Of a stretch of DNA of 64,000 bases, positions 60,501 to 64,000 are shown one piece after another. The notes below the pieces were generated by a model that made no database searches, was not told where the DNA came from, and worked only from the letters and a program-made list of their open reading frames with translations. This DNA is from Macrostomum lignano (lineage: Eukaryota), in assembly GCA_002269645.1 (NCBI GenBank), contig NIVC01001205.1:62001-126000 (forward strand), written 5' to 3'. Each line of letters starts with the position of its first letter. Position 1 is the stretch's first letter. Made by a program: the position numbers and the translations under genes.

Positions 60501-62289
60501 TCCTGGGTGATTCGAACTTCGCCGGTCTGCGCCTTTGGCACCACGACCATCCGAGCCACCCAGGGTGCCGGGCCGTTGACAGGCTCGATGATGTCTAGGT
60601 CCTCGAGCAGCTTGAGCTCCTTGTCGACCGCTGCGGCCAGGTGGACAGGAACCCTTGAGGGCGCGTGGCAGACCGGCCTGGCGTCCTCCGTCAGGTGGAT
60701 CGTTGCCGTGTAGTTCTTGACGCATCCGATGCCGCTGAAAACCTGAGCGTGCTTGGTGAGGATGTGGCTCAGCTGCAGTTGCTCTGGGAGGCCTTCGTCC
60801 GCTAGTCGATTTCCTTTGAGCAGTTGGTCGATGAGGCCCTCTGATCGGTGGACGGCGAGAACCTCGGGTGTCGGCTGACTGCTGGGCGGGCCGATACGGA
60901 GGATGTCCATTTCGATTGCAGATTTTCTGCCGAGGACCGTCGCGCCCCTGCCGTCGAATATAAAAAAGGGCGCGTCTCTGGAGACACCAAAAACATTTAC
61001 AGGCAGAGTCACCTTGCCGACCAGCTTCAGTGGGTGCGAGCTTCCGTAGGCAAACAGCTGGCTGCTGGCTGGCTGCAGTGGGGGTCGGTGTGGCAGGCCA
61101 TTGAAACTGCTGACGTCCATGATGTTGCAACCGGCCCCGCTGTCGATATGGATGTCCATGGAGGTGCCGCCGATTTGAGCGGTCACTCTCGCTGACGCCG
61201 GATCACTGGCCACGTGGAAGATTCCTTCCTGGACTGGAGCTGAGTCTTTGTCCAGCAGGTAGGTCACGTTCTCCTGCTCGCTCGGGATGGCGTTGAGCTG
61301 GCCGGCCTTACTGGACCTGCACGCACGGGCGAAATGTCCGATTTTGCCGCATTTCCTGCAGGACTTGCCCCGGGCGGTGTCGCATTCAGCATGCCCTTGT
61401 CTGCCGCACCGGTTGCAGGTGACCTGCGACTTTCCGTCTGCCGCTCTCGAGCCGCGGCCGCTGCTGCTCACTGCTGCCACGTCCTCCGGCACCGGTCGGC
61501 TGCCGAGCTCCATTGCTTGCGCCTGTTGCTCCGCTGTTTCTCTGGCGCGGATCTTGGTCAGCGTGTCAGCCAGGCTGATGTCGCCTGACTGGAGCAGATC
61601 GCGCCGCATTTTCTCAGACCGGCAGTACGCCACAATCTTGTCCCGGATTAGCGAGTTGCTTAAGTCGCCGAACTTGCATGGCTCCGCCAGTTTCTTCAGT
61701 CGGACATACCAGGCATCGATTCCTTCGCCCTCTAGCTGTCGGCAGGTCTCAAACATGTATCGTAGGAAGACGATGTTGTTTTTCTTGTCCAGGTGGCTTT
61801 GAATGTTTTCTGCTAGTTTCTTGGCTGATTCGCCTCGTGCAATGCTGTTGTCTTCGACGAGCGAGTGGATGAATTCGCCGGCTGAGTAGAGTAGGATTTC
61901 TTGAGCTTGATTTTCATCTTTGATGCCGGCCGCGACAAGGTAGCTCTCAAAGCGCCGAGTCCAATTTTTCCACTTTTGTGCGATGGTATGCGGCTCACCT
62001 TCTGCATCGAAGGTGCCAGGTGGCGATAGTGCTATGGCTTGCGACGCCATGTAAGAGTTTAATGCATGATTTGGCAGTTGCACGAAGAAGTACGAAAGCC
62101 ACAGTGGGCGAGACGATGTTATTTATTTAATATTTAGTCGGCTACTGCATTGCGTGGGGTGGTGGTCGTAAATGTACACTTTGCTTACTACGAGTACAGA
62201 TAAGGGGGCGAGAGTTAAGAGAGAAAGCCGGCTGACGTACGGACCCGGAAAAATGGGGTGGGCGCTCTATAGCAAATCAATGGCTCACA
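57541..62289 (-). mobile_element. Young Gypsy (Mag-like) LTR retrotransposon
   Basis: ~240-bp near-identical LTRs (62050-62289 and 57541-57779), PBS-like TGGCGTCGC, PPT GAGGAGAGA before TGTGAG, and an intact gag-pol. The terminal CA of the 3' LTR is missing and no TSD matches. Confidence 0.95.
58052..62050 (-). CDS. gag-pol: Single-ORF Gag(2x CCHC)-PR-RT-RNaseH-IN polyprotein
   Basis: CNRCGRQGH and CRKCGKIGHFARAC; IDSGA protease; RT IHDD; VDAG, EKEALA and ITDHRPL; HAGHLG..CRSC, GADFLGP, TDNGPPF and NGMTER. The A of the ATG is the last LTR base. Confidence 0.95.
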   Translation of the reverse strand: MASQAIALSPPGTFDAEGEPHTIAQKWKNWTRRFESYLVAAGIKDENQAQEILLYSAGEFIHSLVEDNSIARGESAKKLAENIQSHLDKKNNIVFLRYMFETCRQLEGEGIDAWYVRLKKLAEPCKFGDLSNSLIRDKIVAYCRSEKMRRDLLQSGDISLADTLTKIRARETAEQQAQAMELGSRPVPEDVAAVSSSGRGSRAADGKSQVTCNRCGRQGHAECDTARGKSCRKCGKIGHFARACRSSKAGQLNAIPSEQENVTYLLDKDSAPVQEGIFHVASDPASARVTAQIGGTSMDIHIDSGAGCNIMDVSSFNGLPHRPPLQPASSQLFAYGSSHPLKLVGKVTLPVNVFGVSRDAPFFIFDGRGATVLGRKSAIEMDILRIGPPSSQPTPEVLAVHRSEGLIDQLLKGNRLADEGLPEQLQLSHILTKHAQVFSGIGCVKNYTATIHLTEDARPVCHAPSRVPVHLAAAVDKELKLLEDLDIIEPVNGPAPWVARMVVVPKAQTGEVRITQDLRDVNRFVIRERHQIPTFEEVTGCMAGAKVFSELDVAKAFYQILVAESYRNLLTFSTPRGLRRLKRLCMGLSTAQEILQVVMSGILAGLDKVKWIHDDIVVFGNSLEEHNRNLAACLARLQQHGVTLNPGKCKLARDKITFMGMQLSASGVQPTEDKIETVKAFKAPETTSQVRSFLGLVNYLAVFTPQLSKIAEPLRRLTKKGAVWRWSEAEDAAFKQLKQQITEAGALSFFDQRLRTELIVDAGPRGLGAILAQRREDGTSRPVAYASRSLSDVESRYSQTEKEALAVKCGCLRFQYYLHGAPRFDVITDHRPLVNMLAPGSRPPPRVERMALQIQHMNFKVVYRPGPQNAADILSRQPLATSGHNKDAQQNSASIGAVLQAAVPRALTVEDIRRHSQADPLIKAAIAAIQGARWDLGHPELRSLYALRDELAEEDGVLLRRDRIVVPSSLRETMLRLAHAGHLGLRKTLARLSSKVWWPKMSADADKAVSSCRSCIMTSHKPTVSATPLQSSSIPKGAWLSIGADFLGPVQNKMLLVCVDHNSRYPEVQVMQSTTAEAVIPKLRESFCRFGIPEELVTDNGPPFSSAQFKDFLRSFGIRHRAITPLYPAANGMTERLNRSINKVVRAAIAESRDWREALDEWILAYRTAPHATTGRAPAELLMGRALGNGVPGRRPPARVRINDKELREHDRKQKLTMKRHADAARRPREHNYAVGDQVLRKRVNPLKGQTPFESEPWTVTKVQRNSLQLRRGQATCRRHCTALKALPPEPDLVEPQAAAPDAAGPADVEQNVPIARTPHPRAAKEGFKVYT

Positions 62290-62680
62290 AGAAAGTTTAT
62301 GCTGCTCTTCATGAGTGTGAAAAACGATAAGTCGCAGACAACGTTGAGAGGGGTTGGCTGTGGTAGTTCAATTAGCGTCGTGAGATCACGTCACAAGATT
62401 CAGAGCCCACCCACCCCAGCGGATTTAGTCTGGAAACGAAGAGATTGCAGACATGTGAGGGAGGGGTATCTGCATTCTGATTGGCTGTTTAGTGGTGTGG
62501 GTTGACTGCTGGTGATTGAGGTGGGGGCTTGACTATTTAAATCGAAATGTACTGCAAATTGTGATTTTAACCTGCCATTTCTACTGAAGTATTTTGCACT
62601 GCAACATTTCTAGAAGCTATTTCTATTTTTATTTTCTAAGTTTTGTTTATACTTTGTTAAAACTGAACAACTTAGCAACA

Positions 62681-63920
62681 ATGGCGTCTACAATCACCAA
62701 GAAGATTAAGGCTAAAATCTCTGGCCTGAAACTGGGCTACATGAATACAGCGGTTACTGGCCTTGTAACCGAGTCGAAGGAGATCAGGTCCTACATGAAG
62801 AACGATGTTCGAGGCGAAGTTTTTTCATTCGTATTGGTGGACGACTCGGCTGAGATGAGAGTCAGCGTTTTCGGCAAGGACCTGCGGTCTATTTGGGAAG
62901 TTTGCAATACTTCCGATGCTGTTCGCATAGCCGGCGGTATGGTAAAGACTTCGGATCCGAGATACAACAGCACGAATAATCCTATGGAGGTGTCTCTTTC
63001 AGTCGAAGCAATGAAGTTCCGGCTGTTAGTGAACGGGCGTGTAACTATACGGGAATAAGCGACCTTCAAAACGTACGCCTGCAAGAGTGAGTTGCATTGT
63101 ATCTATCTACCTGTATGTATTGTATGGACAGACAGTATACAATATTATTATATGTACAATAGACATAATAGTATAGAAAATGTGAATTGTATAGGCAATT
63201 ATATAGCACTGTAGTGTATGTTCGGCTTTTATAAATTATTTTGTAAAATAATAGCAATCCATTCTATGTCTTCATCCCTTGATGTTGGCTAGACTAGCAG
63301 TCCATTATATTCATTCGTCTATTGATGTAGGTAGGATTCAAATGAACTTCAAAAAGCGTTTTGAGGTTTTAAAAGACTTTTAAAACTGTCTTCTCTTCAT
63401 TGCCTTATATTAGAAATGTCGATGTCCTTGGACATTTTTGGACATTAATCGACACACTGCAGCCGCCCGAGGAAGTCATGACGAAGGCTGGGAAGCGGAT
63501 AAACGTAGCCAAAGTGATTATTGTTGACCAGTCCTGTCGTTCTGTCTCCTGCACGTTTTAGGGGTCGTCCTCCGATCAAGCTGTCAATTGGAGTGTCGGC
63601 GACATTTTGTCGATACGACGAGCAAATTACAGGAGTACGCCGGCGCTGTTGTACTTGGATGTACTTGCTCTGAAGTTCGGCGCAACTCGGACGACACCGA
63701 GGTTACGACTTTGACTGACTGGTACACGAATGCTAAGCAGAGCGATACTGAGTTTCAACCGCTGGGTGCTCCGTGTCCATCAGGCGCGGTTGGCGGCTCT
63801 TCTGACCAAAGGGGAACAACAGGCTAGTTGTTATGCAACTACCGGTTTCGCACGAATCCTTCCGGGATGTAGACGAAATTGTCTTGGACTTTAGAGAAGG
63901 AATAAATGTGCGCGTGTTCA
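62681..63920 (+). pseudogene. RPA70-like OB-fold ssDNA-binding protein (probably Helitron-borne)
   Basis: OB-A: VFSFVLVDDSAEMRVSVF..KTSDPRY. After an intron (~63087-63413), OB-B: NVDVLG..VIIVDQSCRSVSCTF*G, then a linker with LTDWY. One frameshift (~63015) and a TAG at 63559. Confidence 0.75.
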
Positions 63921-64000
63921 TTGTACATGTAACTTATTTAATGTTTAGTATCTTTCTGTAGTACAGATCTATGCACTCTAACTTACTACAGTATTGTATA

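Noticed and set aside
58053-62000. Many antisense and overlapping ORFs inside gag-pol, the LINEs and RepHel
   Set aside because: Shadow ORFs expected in GC-rich coding DNA; no domains recognised.

Overview
Eukaryotic (metazoan) DNA made almost entirely of nested transposable elements and satellites. It has short GT-AG introns, TTAGGG tracts and CAG/CTG runs. The composition is reminiscent of a free-living flatworm such as Macrostomum, but that is an inference and not shown by the sequence. Frameshifts in homopolymer runs suggest long-read consensus errors plus real decay. Main content: (1) a gene-dense minus-strand block at ~4.3-16 kb with a spliced Crypton-like tyrosine recombinase, a PWWP exon, two double-RING ORFs, a Gypsy/Ginger-type integrase, a spliced OTU protease and a bacterial/giant-virus-type PD-(D/E)xK restriction-nuclease-like ORF; (2) three decayed Gypsy-like elements at 18-26.6 kb sharing an extra ORF after pol; (3) two MULE-like foldback MITEs with 9-bp TSDs; (4) two Ingi-type LINEs inserted into neighbouring CAG runs of a polyQ ORF, one with a clear HDV-like ribozyme and a 2A-like peptide, the other lacking its endonuclease; (5) a palindromic back-to-back TATA region; (6) non-autonomous Helitrons, an OTU-Rep-Pif1 Helitron and an RPA70-like gene; (7) a young intact Mag-like Gypsy LTR element. 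No rRNA, tRNA or CRISPR was seen. Coordinates were read by eye and uncertain boundaries are approximate.
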